Shown: positions 10,647-20,828, numbered from the stretch's first letter. The stretch: DNA of 22,137 nucleotides from Chiloscyllium plagiosum (GCF_004010195.1 NC_057751.1:1438363-1460499), one strand, 5' to 3'. The notes: generated from the sequence alone by a model not told the origin. Translations and numbers: made by a program.

Positions 10647-11004
10647 CTTCACTTGGAATCCAGGAGCTGCTCCTATTGGCCTTGAGACCCAAGGCCTGTG
10701 TGTCGGCCGGAAAGTCGTTCCAGACCTGGGCAGTTTCTCGGACAAGACCTGATTTACTAAAGTTTCGAACATGGATAGCTTTTGCACGAGCTGCTAAACA
10801 GAGGCTCCTTCCACTACCTCAGTGAGGCAAGGTCCTGCCCAGGGGCAAATATTTATCCCTCACACAACACGGTCAAAACAAATGGTCTGAGCCCAATTGA
10901 AGTGTTTGTGACGAGGGAGCATGTCTGACATGAAGCATGAAGACAGTAACTGTCATATCTCTGTGACCGCTCCCCTATTCCAACAGGCCATGGGCTACTG
11001 GCAG

Positions 11005-11140
11005 TCAGACCATACCAAACTCCCCTGTAGTGTCAGGGGATGTGCAGGGTTACAAGGACAGGGTGCAGGTCTGGCTGGGATGCTCTGCAGAGGGCCAGTG
11101 TGGACCCAATGGCTGAGTTCCACTCTGTTGGGATTCTATA
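11005..11140 (+). mobile_element. Decayed HE1-like SINE 3' part
   Basis: ctcccctgtagtgtcaggggatgtgcagg...gggatgctctgcagagggccagtgtggac...cactctgttgggattctat; CR1-shared tail. Confidence 0.6.
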
Positions 11141-11356
11141 TCTGTATGAGCTGCTGGGGCTGAGTGATGGCCATGCCCCAGCTCAGACACAGGACAGGCT
11201 GGAGAATGTGGTGCATTCCTCGGTCGGGTATTGAACCCTCGTTTTTGGTGCGAAGTTCCAAGCCGACTCCACTGCCTGGTGAACATTGCTGAGTGGTGTC
11301 AGCTCCTGACAGCCATGTCCAAGGGGTACAGTGAGGAGTGAGAAACAACAGGAGGA

Positions 11357-11483
11357 AGGCGTCACACAACAACCAGGCGATAGTCCAACAGCTTCAGTAC
11401 CTGAGGAAGGAGCAGTGCTCCGAAAGCTAGTGATCCCGAATAAACCTGTCGGACCATCACCTGGTGTTGTGAGACTTTTAACC
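11357..11483 (+). mobile_element. Penelope-derived short element with terminal inverted arms
   Basis: gtcacacaacaaccaggcgatagtccaacag ... ctgtcggaccatcacctggtgttgtgagac; same family as 5686-5923. Confidence 0.8.
11398..11432 (+). ncRNA. Minimal hammerhead ribozyme-like motif (short stem III type)
   Basis: tac-CTGAGGA-a-GGAGC-agt-GCTCC-GAAA-gc-TA-gtg: intact core, 5-bp stem II, tac/gtg stem I. Confidence 0.6.
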
Positions 11484-11599
11484 CTGTAAGGAGAGTCAAC
11501 CATGAGTTAGAGCAAGTACCAGCACAACCAGCAGAGCTGATGGCTGCCTATTGAGGAGGAGTGCCAGTCTGTTAAGTCAGAGATCTATGGAATATTCCG

Positions 11600-11832
11600 G
11601 GTACTTGGCTCAAGTCCCATTATGGCAGCTGGTTAAATGTGAAACCCAAAAATCTGGAATTAACAATCTGGTGATCATGAAACTGTTGTCAACTGTTCGT
11701 GAGGCAGATAGTTTTCTCTGGTGTGATTCAGAGAGGGAAATCTGCTATTCTGGTCTGCTCTGGCCTATATGTGACTCCAGACCCACAGCGATGTGGTTGA
11801 CACTTGGATCAGCTTGAAATGCTGGACCAGCC
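11600..11832 (+). mobile_element. Decayed SINE ending in a tail like that of the 318-569 LINE
   Basis: ggctcaagtccc (box B-like), aaaatctggaatt, ggaaatctgc, tggcctatatgtgactccagacccacagcgatgtggttgac, end aaatgctggaccagcc. Confidence 0.6.
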
Positions 11833-12180
11833 GGTGGGAGTCAGCACCCAGGAACGGGGAAGGAGGAGACAGCTGGCTTTCCCATCCTCCACACAGGTCA
11901 CACACACTGACTATTCCGACCCAGACCAGACTGAAGCACCACTCTGAGCAATCTCTGTGAGACCAGGCAGCAGGAACGTTGAGCCAGCCACCCTTCAGTT
12001 CAGGATGGTTTCTCACTCACTGCAGATCAGCTCCATGTTTCAGGACATGCCAAAGAGCTCCAACAGTGAGGTGATCTCAGTGCAGTTTGTGTTTGAAGGG
12101 AGGACTCAAAATAACCCGTTGATGCACAGCAAACTCCGACCTGATTCCTGACCACTTCACCTCTTTCTGATAAACTTTGC

Positions 12181-12270
12181 AAGAAAACCACAAATGCTGG
12201 AGATCACAGTAGGTCAGACAGCATCCATGGAGGGACAGCAAGCCAGCATTTCCAGTCCAATTGACTCTGA
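12181..12270. mobile_element. Fragment of Penelope-derived short element arm
   Basis: aaatgctggagatcacagtaggtcagacagcatcc matches the arm at 14051-14075. Confidence 0.55.
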
Positions 12271-13119
12271 TTTGATGCTGAAAAGCTCATGTCGATAAAA
12301 CGCAGAGTGTTCACCGGGTATGGCCTGATCTGGACAAAGGGGAAGCAGGTTTATGTTTGAGAGAATTCTTCCGAAGACATTCCGTGTTTATGGACATTTA
12401 CAATGCTGCCAGTGAAGCAGGCCATCGAATCATCTGGCAGGAGTTCAGGGCTCCCTGGATTTATTATCGAGGGCAACAGCCCCAGCCCAGCCCTGGAGGA
12501 CTGTGCTCCCTACACGGAGATTAGTGTTCACAGCTGCCCACCGTACTGCTACTCAGCTTGGTTAGGGACTGCACACAGTCGAGAGATGACCAACATGCTT
12601 TCTGCACTTCACTTCATCAGAGTCAAGGGCTTGAGGCAATAGTTTGGGCCAAGGTCCTGCAACCGGTCCACATCCACGTCAGCATCCGACCCAGAAAGCT
12701 GGGGAGCAGCAAAGGAAAACACCACAGACAATGACAGCAACTGCTTCCCAGCCAAGCAGGGGATAGGTTCCAAAACACTGAGCAATTCAGACAGGGCCCA
12801 GCTCAGTGACTTGGTGAGTATTCCCCAGTCAATCAGCAAAAAGAGCCAGCAAGAGAGCAAATAGGCACCAGCTGCTCGTGACCCTAGGATCCTGACACAA
12901 CAGCAGAGACCATTTCATCGCATGGTTTCACCAGAGCATTCTGGGTGATTTGAGCTTTCACTGCAATGTTTGAACACTAAGTATAACTGGGCAGTTGTGG
13001 TCCGTCAGGATCACACTGATAGCTCAGTGACTGGGAATACTCAAGGTCACTTAGACAATGCTTTTTCTCTCTCCTCCCCTCCCACCTCAACCCCGCACCA
13101 GTTGGCCAACTCATGCCCC

Positions 13120-13526
13120 AGCTCAGTGAAAGGTGCTCTTGGGTCTGCCCGAAGCCTGCTGGTCTTCCAGAGCCAGCAATTGACCCTGACCGAGTGTTAC
13201 AGGCTGACACATCCTAAAGTCCAGGACTATGTGCTGAGGGATGCAGTAAACCTTGTGGCAGCTGATGCCAAGGCTGTGTGGGGAACGGTCCCTGTCTGAG
13301 GTCTTTCTGCTGCAGGGAAATGGGAATCTGTTCCGTTACCTCTCCATCCTAGTGCCTCAACAGCATGTAAATATTAATATTGTATGTGGAAGAGATGTCT
13401 CTGGTTTGTCTGAACAGAGTCAAACTCTGATGTTTGTTTCATCACTTTGCTACTGTACAAATCTGAAATGCAGTGACGATGTATACGTACAAAATCTCTT
13501 TTATGAATGAAGTTTACTTTTGAAAT
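13120..13526 (+). mobile_element. Tx1-like (L1 clade) LINE 3' end: ORF2 C-terminus plus 3' UTR
   Basis: SVKGALGSARSLLVFQSQQLTLTECYRLTHPKVQDYVLRDA...AKAVWG resembles Tx1 ORF2 C-terminus (stop at 13299); UTR ends in decayed ttttatgaatgaagtttacttttgaaa. Confidence 0.65.
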
Positions 13527-14047
13527 ACCAAACACCTGAGGAACTGGAAGATGTGCAAACACTGCCCCTTTGAGGCCAGCAAGAGTACAGCATCGACCAA
13601 GTGACTGTATTCTGGGAAGGGACAGGATTGCAGTTGGAGTCCAAGCCACAGGCACTGAGAAATGAAATTACTGCAACAATACATGACCAAAGCAGAAACC
13701 CAACAGGACACTATCAAGACCAACACTCTACTCTTGAAAGGCAGCAAAGATTTGAAGCAAATGAAACGCAAAGCAGCACAGTTCTCCAACCTATTAATTA
13801 CACACCCAAATGTGAAAGAGTTTCACAATCTGACCCTTGGAAATGATGGCAGGGATGCTCCAGCATAAAGGACAGAAAATGACTTGGAATTATTTCTCAG
13901 TGCTACGCTTTTCCAGTTTGTCCATGTTGGCTGAGTGGAAAGTTACATTAAGTCTGTCAACATGAAGATGCTCAATCCATTCAGACTGCATTCCAATGGC
14001 GGTCTGGCCTCCCAACCTCCACCCCCATTCCTGCCACCTGCTCACAC

Positions 14048-14257
14048 CAGAGCACAGTAGGTCAGGCAGCATCCGAGGAGCAGGAAAACCAAAGTTGTGG
14101 GCAAAAGCCCTGATGAAACCCTGCACTCCTGATGAAGGGCTTTTGCCTGAAACGTTGATTCTCCTGCCCCTCGGATGCTGCCTGACCTGCTGTGCTTTTA
14201 CAGCACCACTCTGATCTAAACTCTGGTTTCCAGCATCTGCAGTCCTCACTTTTGCCT
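14048..14257 (+). mobile_element. Palindromic Penelope-derived short element with 12-bp TSD
   Basis: agcacagtaggtcaggcagcatccgaggagcagga / tcctgcccctcggatgctgcctgacctgctgtgct inverted arms; flanked by acctgctcacac at 14036-14047 and 14258-14269. Confidence 0.88.
14127..14158 (+). ncRNA. Minimal hammerhead ribozyme-like motif
   Basis: tc-CTGATGA-a-GGGC-tttt-GCCT-GAAA-cg-TT-ga. Confidence 0.6.
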
Positions 14258-14439
14258 ACCTGCTCACACGATCCAAATGCTCCCATCCAGCATCACGCAA
14301 TCCTCCGACTGTACTGAGCCTTCATGGTGGTTCTGGTATTTCAATCCTAACATCACTGTTACTGTGAGCATGACCTGTCCAGCCCGATTAACCCAACTTC
14401 AGGCTGGACAGAAACTAGCAACATGATCTATTGTGTAAC

Positions 14440-14723
14440 CACAGAGTCAGACAGTTATATAACTCAGAAACAGACCCTTCGGTCCAACCTGTCTATACCG
14501 ACCAAATATCCCAATCCAATTTAGTGCTAGGTAAGGGGTAAATGTAGGGGTATCGATGGGTTTCGCTTCGGCGGGTCGGTGTGGACTTGTTGGGCCGAAG
14601 GGCCTGTTTCCACACTGTAATGTTCAATGCTGTAATTGTACCAGCCTCCACCACTTCCTCTAGCAGCTCATTCCATACACGTACCACCCTCTGCGTGAAA
14701 AGGTTGGCCTTTAGGCCCCTTTT
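14440..14723 (-). mobile_element. CR1 LINE 3' end, interrupted by SINE tail
   Basis: RVVRVWNELLEEVVEAGTIT on minus; tail aaacagacccttcggtccaac. Confidence 0.88.
14526..14622 (+). mobile_element. HE1-like SINE 3' fragment inserted antisense into CR1 tail
   Basis: ggggtaaatgtagggg...cttcggcgggtcggtgtggacttgttgggccgaagggcctgtttccacactgtaa. Confidence 0.75.
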
Positions 14724-14999
14724 CAGAAGTGCTAGATATTTATTTTAATTAATTTTGTTTCTTTCATAATCAAAAACTCAAAGCAAAACACTTTTTTTTT
14801 TGAAAAATGGAGTTGTTTCGATGGTGATTTTGGAAAGACTGACATCTGGATGGCTTTGGAGTGAGATTTGTTTTAAAACCAGGGAATTGAGTGTAGTCTT
14901 CTGGATTACGGGAGCAGGTGTCATTTTTATTTCCAGTCTTCAGGCTGATTTTAGTTAGCTTTTTGTTAAGGACTGCTCACATGCTTGGTATTAATTCTT

Positions 15000-15560
15000 C
15001 AGGTAAGGAAAGGTGAGTTATTTCCACTATTAGGGGCCTTTAAAAGCTGCGTCTTAAAACGCAATGCCATCGAGAGTAAACAAGAGAGATGGAGTGAGAT
15101 GGTCAGGAAATCTCAAACAGGGATTACACTGCAGGATCAGTCAGAGAGAGGGGAGTGTCAGAAAAAGGGAAGGCAGAAGTTCAGAAGTCTCTGGCAGTTG
15201 CTCCTTTTTACCACAGTCTCTCTCTCCCTTTTGGGTCCTGTTGGAAAGCAGAGTCTGTCAGAGGAAAAACAAAAGACAGAAACATCTTGGGCACGAAGAA
15301 TGATGCAGAGTTTAAAAGAATGACTGTTCCAGTGGACTGTCCTATCAAGGGGCACAGGCAGGAGGTTGTGCAGCTGAGAGTGGGTTGCTTTCCTGGGGTC
15401 AGATGAAGGAACATTTGAAGCAGATCATCAAAAGGGAGAGTAGAGTGAGAGGCAGAAAATTGTTGCACACGTTGGCAGGAATAACACAGTGAGGGAAAGG
15501 GTTAAGGCTTTGCAGAGTTGAATGTAAGGTTAAAAAAATACAGAACAACCAAAGTAGTTC
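15000..15560 (+). mobile_element. Strongly decayed CR1 5' region / ORF1 (SGNH-esterase-like) remnant
   Basis: Frameshifted remnants resembling GDS..RG, CCLPGAR (ggttgctttcctggggtcaga), VVHIGTND (gttgcacacgttggcaggaataac), LK.RT.KV. Confidence 0.55.
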
Positions 15561-15574
15561 ACTTCCTGTTGTAG

Positions 15575-16044
15575 GAAAGGTTTTGGAAAAGATGCAAAAG
15601 AGATTTACCAGGACGTTGCCTGGTCTGGAGGGAAGGTCTGACGAGGAAAGGCTGAGAGACTTGGGTCTGTTCTCATTGGAAAGAAGAAGGCTAAGAGGGG
15701 ATTGGATAGAGACATACAAAATTATCAAAGGATTAGATAGGGAGGACAGTGAAAGTCTTTTTCCTAGGATGATGATATCTGCGTGTACGAGGGGGCATAA
15801 CTACTAACTGAGGGGTGATAGGTTTAAGACAGATGTCAGAGGCAGGTTCTTTACGCAGAGAGTGGTAAGGGCATGGAATGCACCACCTGCCAATGTAGTT
15901 AACTCAGCCACATTAGGGAGATTTAAACAATCCTTAGATAAGGACATGGATGATTTTGGGATAGTGTAGGACGAGCTGAGAAAAGTTCACATGTTGGTGC
16001 AACATCAAGGGCCGAAGGGCCTGTTCTGTGCTGTACTGTTCTAT
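15575..16044 (+). mobile_element. CR1 LINE 3' region
   Basis: EKMQKRFTRTLPGLEG..ERLRDLGLFSLERRRLRGDWIETYKIIKGLDR; tail gggccgaagggcctgttctgtgctgtactgttctat. Confidence 0.95.
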
Positions 16045-17229
16045 ACCAACTGAAATCGGGAAAGAATAACGAGAAACAGGAGACATATCAATGAATAATG
16101 AAGTTGGGATCACATTCAGAGATTCAACTGCTCAAATCTGAGAGGTTTTCCTGGGACGGAAAAGATCTTTTTGGGTAAGGACTGATTAGGGATAGTCAAC
16201 ATGGCTTTGTGTGTGAGAAATCATGGCTCACAAACTTGATTGAGTTTTTTGAAGAAGTAACAAAGAAGAGTGATGAGGGCAGAGCAGTAGACATGATCTA
16301 TATGGACTTCAGTAAGGTGTTCAACAAGGTTCCCCATGGGAGACTGGTTATCAAGGTTAGATCTCATGGAATACAGGGAGAACTCACTATTTGGATACAG
16401 AACTGGCTCAAAGGTAGAAGACAGAGGGTGGTGGTGGAGGGTTGTTTTTCAGATTGGAGGCCTGTGACCAGTGGAGTGCCACAATGATCGGTGCTGGGTC
16501 CTCTACTTTTTGTCATTTACCTAAATGATTTAGATGCGAACATAAGAGGTATAGTTAGTAAGTTTGCAGATGACACCAAAATTGGATGTGTAGTGGACAG
16601 CGAAGAGGGTTACCTCAGATTACAACAGGATCTGGACCAGATGGGCCAATGGGCTGAGAAGTGGCAGATGGAGTTTAATCCGGTTAATGTGAGGTGCTGC
16701 ATTTTGGGAAAGCAAATTTTAGCAGGACTTATACACTTCATGGAAAGGTCCTAGGGAGTGTTGCTAAACAGAGACCTTGGTGTGCAGATTCATAGCTCCT
16801 TGAAAGTAGAGTCGCAGGTAGATAGGATAGTGAAGAAGGTGTTTTAAATGCTTTCCTTTATTGGTCAGAGCATTGTGTATGAGTTGGGAGGTCATGTTGC
16901 GGCTGTACAAGGCATTAACAAGTTTGGAGAAGATTTGTAGCTCAGGCGTCAGCTCTGGATGCAAGTTTGCTCAGAGCTGGAAAGGTTGTTTTCAGATGTT
17001 TCATCGCCATACTAGGTCACATCAGTGAGCCTCTGGTGAAGCACTGGTGGCAGAGCCCACTTTTTATTCATGGGTTAAAGTTTCCTGGGGTTGGTGACAT
17101 CATTTCCAGTTCTGTGTCGGGGGTGATAAATGGGATCCATATCAAGGTGTTGAACAGGTACCCAATAAACAGTCTGCCAATGTCTCAGCAACAAACCCAA
17201 ACAAGCAGATAAAACACTTCCAGAAACCC

Positions 17230-17720
17230 GAGCCACTCTCCCCTACAAAGACATCGCTGAAATGACTGCCAGACTACTCCGACCCCTTGGCATCATGGTA
17301 GCCCACACACCCACCAACACACTAAAACAGCAGCTAATGAACTGGAAAGACCCGATACAGACAATGAGCAAAACTAATGTCATTTACAAAATACCTTGCA
17401 AGGACTGTAACAAACACTACATTGGACAAACAGACAAAATTAGCCACCAGGATACATCAACTAGCCACAAAAAGACATAACCCACTCTCACTAATATCCT
17501 TACATACAGATGAGGAAGGACACCACCATGACTGGGACAACACATCCATCCTAGGACAAGCCAAACAGAAACACACGAGAATTCCTAGAAGCATGGCATT
17601 CCAAACTGGGACAACACATCCATCCTAGGACAAGCCAAACAGAAACACACGAGAATTCCTAGAAGCGTGTCATTCCAACCGGAATTCTCTGAACAAACAC
17701 ATTAACTTGGACCTATTTAC
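17230..17720 (+). pseudogene. Penelope linker plus GIY-YIG endonuclease remnant, frameshifted
   Basis: RLLRPLGIMVAHTPTNTLKQQL..KDP...NVIYKIPCKDCNKHYIGQT, then KLATRIH...H...DWDNTSIL in another frame. Confidence 0.88.
17531..17678 (+). repeat. 74-bp tandem duplication inside Penelope element
   Basis: actgggacaacacatcc...cattccaa at 17531-17604 and 17605-17678, 2 mismatches. Confidence 0.95.
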
Positions 17721-18362
17721 CACCCCCTGAGAAAAAGAACAAGAAACGACACCACCACACGAAATGGCATAACCAACCCAAGGAAACCGAAACCCATAAG
17801 AAGCAGTCTCCACCAGCGCCTCACTGATGAGGTTACCTCGTACGGTGATGCAATATCTGTAAACAAACCTTCCAGCTCTGAGCAAACCTACATCCCATAC
17901 AGGACTTGGTTAGGCCACTTTTAGAACAGTGTGCGCAAATCTGGTCTGCCTCCTATAGTAAGGATGTGGTGCAACTTGAACTGGTTCAGAAAGCGACGTT
18001 GCCAGGGTTTGAGCTGTAGCAAAGAGGTTTCACAGGCTGGGGCTGTTTTCCCCGGAGTGTTGGAGGCTGAGGGGTGACTAATAGGGGTTTATAAAATCAT
18101 GAGGAGCATGGATAGGGTAAATAGACAAGGTCTTTTCCCTGGGGTGGAGTCGTCCAGAACAAGAGGGCATGGGTTGAAGGTGAAAGGGAAAAGATTCAAA
18201 CAAAGGACCTAAGGGACAACTTTTTCACGCAGAGGGTGGTACGTGTATGGAACGAGCTGCCAGAGGAAGTGGCGGAGGCTGGTACAATTACAACATTTAA
18301 AAGGCATTTGGATAGATATATGAATAGGAAGGGCTTGGAGGGATATGGATCAATGGGAATAG

Positions 18363-18490
18363 CTACCTTCACCCCCCAGCCCCACCCCTTCCCATAGATC
18401 TCTCCACCAGAGGCTCCCAGCCTGAAATGTCAATTTTCCTGCTCATCGGCTGCTGCCTGACCTGCTGTGCCTTTCCAGCATCACACACAA
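18363..18490 (+). mobile_element. Penelope-derived short element with 12-bp TSD inside CR1 tail
   Basis: caatgggaatag at 18351-18362 and 18491-18502; ctgctgcctgacctgctgtgcctttccagcatcacac matches 14175-14210. Confidence 0.85.
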
Positions 18491-18578
18491 CAATGGGAAT
18501 AGATGTATTTCAGATTTCTGGTCAGCATGGACAAGTTAGACTGAAGGGTCTGTTTCCATCCTGTACATCAGAGTCTAT

Positions 18579-19650
18579 TGATGAGGTCAGAGCAGTAGAC
18601 ACTGCTGATGTAGACTTCAGTAAAGCTTCAGATAAGGTTCTGCAAGGGTCGACGATCATTAGTGAAGTTAGGTCACGTGGGATTCACAAAGAGCTTGCCA
18701 ATTGGAAGACAAGATTGGCTTTATGACAGGAAACAATGATGGTGGAAACTGGGTTTTTTTTTCCCCAGACTGGAGCCATATAAACCAGCAGCATGCTACA
18801 GGGATTAGTGATGGGTCTACTTCTGTCATTTACACAGGAATATAGGAAGCACTGTTAGGAAGTTTGCAGTAAGACCCAAATTGATGGGATCGTGGACAGT
18901 GAAGGCAGTTATTGAAAATTACTGAGAGATCTTGGTCAATTTAGGTCAGTGGACTGTAGAGTAGCAGATGGAGTTTAATTTATGATAAATAGAAGCATTG
19001 TATCTAGGTAATACAAACATAGGACGTACACAATTAATGTTAGGGCCCTGGGTAGTGCTAGGGAACAGAGACTGAGGGGGTCAGGTACACTATTATTGGG
19101 AAGTCACACCACATCTGCCTTCACTGTTCAGACAGTGAGAATGGGAGTTGGGATTGTAATGGTGAGGTTGTCAGGATGTTGGAGAGAGCTTCCCTGGAGT
19201 GCAATGCTGGTCACTCCGTTATGGGAAGGATATTATTCCACTGATGACAGTGCAGAGGAGATTTAGGGGGATGTTGTCAGGAATGGACGGTTTGAGTGTG
19301 AGGAAGCAACTGTGTTATCAGGGACATTTTTATTGCAGTGTTGGAGGTTGAGGGGTAACCTGATGGGGGTTTATAAAACCATGAGGGCTTCTGGCTAAGG
19401 TGAATGGCTGGTGTCCTAGCCCTTAGGTGGGGGATTTCTAGACTGCAGGAAATTTAAGCAGAGAAAGAAGATTTGGCAAAGACATGAGGGGCAACTTGTT
19501 AAAGTGTGTGTGCGTGCACGTGTAATAGGAAGCAGTGGATGCAGGTACAGTTAAAACATTTGAGACATTTGGGTGAGTACATGGAGAGGAAAGGTTTGGA
19601 AGGATGTGTGCCAGGAGCAGGTCGGTGGGTCAACTTTAGTTCAGGATTAC
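18579..19650 (+). mobile_element. Old, heavily decayed CR1 LINE (RT to tail)
   Basis: IDEVRAVD..VDFSKASDKV, aagtttgca, cagatggagtttaat, ggaggttgaggggtaacctgat; collinear with 16270-18350. Confidence 0.85.
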
Positions 19651-19699
19651 AGCTGGGGGAGAATAAAGGCTGTATAATTGTGATTGTCATTTTAAAAAC

Positions 19700-20131
19700 C
19701 TTCCAAGAGAGCCAGTAGAACCGTATGCAATATTCCAAAACTGGCTGAACCTCTGCTGTACAGCCACAACATGACCTCCCAACTCCTGTACTCCATACTC
19801 TGACCAACAATGGAGAGTATACCAAATGCCTTCTTCACTATCCTATCTACCTGCGACTCCACTTTCAAGGAGCTATGAACCTGCACTCCAAGGTCTCTTT
19901 GTTCAGCAACACTCCCTAGGACCTTACCATTAAAAGTGTAAAAATCCTACCCTGATTTGCTTTCCCAAAATGCAGCACCTCATTTACCTAAAGTAAATTC
20001 CATCTGCCACTTCTCGGCCCATCTGGTCCAGATCCTGATGTAATCAGAGGTAACCCTCTTCGCTGTCCACTAAACCTCCATTTTTGGTGTCATCTACAAA
20101 CTGATGTAACTATATCTCCTATGCTCACATC
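19700..20131 (-). mobile_element. CR1 LINE internal ORF2 fragment
   Basis: VHSSLKVESQVDRIVKKAFGIL..EVMLWLY on minus; close reverse complement of ~16540-16910. Confidence 0.92.
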
Positions 20132-20180
20132 TGTGATGGCCCTGTAGCGTTAAGAGGTTATTTGTCAGCGGCTTTGAGCT

Positions 20181-20828
20181 CTAGGTGGCAGGGTGAAATG
20201 TGAGGAGGATGTTAGGAGATTACAGGGTGACCTGGACAGGCTAGGGGAGTGGACAGATGCAGTTTAATGTGGATAAATGTTTTGTTATCCACTTTGGTGG
20301 CAAGAACAGGAAGGCAGATTACTACCTAACTGGCTATTGAGGGAGTGCAGCGTAGGTTCACGAGGTCAATTCCTGGAATGGCGGGACTACCTTACACTGA
20401 AAGACTGGAGCGACTGGGCTTGTATACCCTTGAGTTTTGAAGATTGAGAGGGGATCTGATTGAGACGTATAAGATTATTAAAGGATTGGACACTCTGGCA
20501 GTAGGAAACATATTTCCACTGATGGGTGAGTGCCGAACCAGAGGACACAGCTTAAAAATATGGGGTAGGCCATTTAGGACAGAGATGAGGACAAACTTCT
20601 TCACCCAGAGAGTGGTGGCTGTGTGGAATGGTCTGCCCCAGAGGGCAGTGGAGGCCCACTCTCTGGATTCATTTAAGAAAGAGTTGGATAGAGCTCTCAG
20701 ATAGTGGAATCAAGGGTTATGGGGATAAGGCAGGAACAGGATACTGATTGAGGATGATCAGCCATGATTATATTGAATAGTGGTGCAGGCTCGAAGGGCA
20801 GAATGGCCTACTCCTGCACCTATTGTCT
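20181..20828 (+). mobile_element. CR1 LINE 3' region with internal deletion near 20330
   Basis: RRLQGDLDRLGEW, then a jump to IEGVQRRFTR; RGDLIETYKIIKGLD...FFTQRVVAVWNGLP; tail gaatggcctactcctgcacctattgtct. Confidence 0.93.

Larger units (their letters stand above)
16917..17897 (+). mobile_element. 5'-truncated Penelope-like retroelement with inverted pseudo-LTRs
   Basis: GIY-YIG remnant; ~16958-17050 is the inverted counterpart of ~17810-17895; interrupts CR1 mid-sequence. Confidence 0.9.
16176..18578 (+). mobile_element. CR1 LINE (RT to tail) carrying two nested insertions
   Basis: LTNLIEFFEEVTK, YMDFSKVFNKVPH, VPQ* (TGA at 16485-16487), LGPLLF, KFADDTK; resumes at ~17898 and ~18503. Confidence 0.93.

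Noticed and set aside
12280..12642. Overlapping open frames in unique sequence
   Set aside because: No recognisable homology or exon boundaries; lengths are compatible with chance
13601..13868. Two overlapping plus-strand ORFs (81 and 68 aa)
   Set aside because: A/C-rich composition suppresses stops; no recognisable domain or splice support
15000..15020. Two strong splice donors (CAG/GTAAGG, AAG/GTGAGT)
   Set aside because: They sit at the edge of a decayed CR1 5' region, with no supportable coding exon upstream
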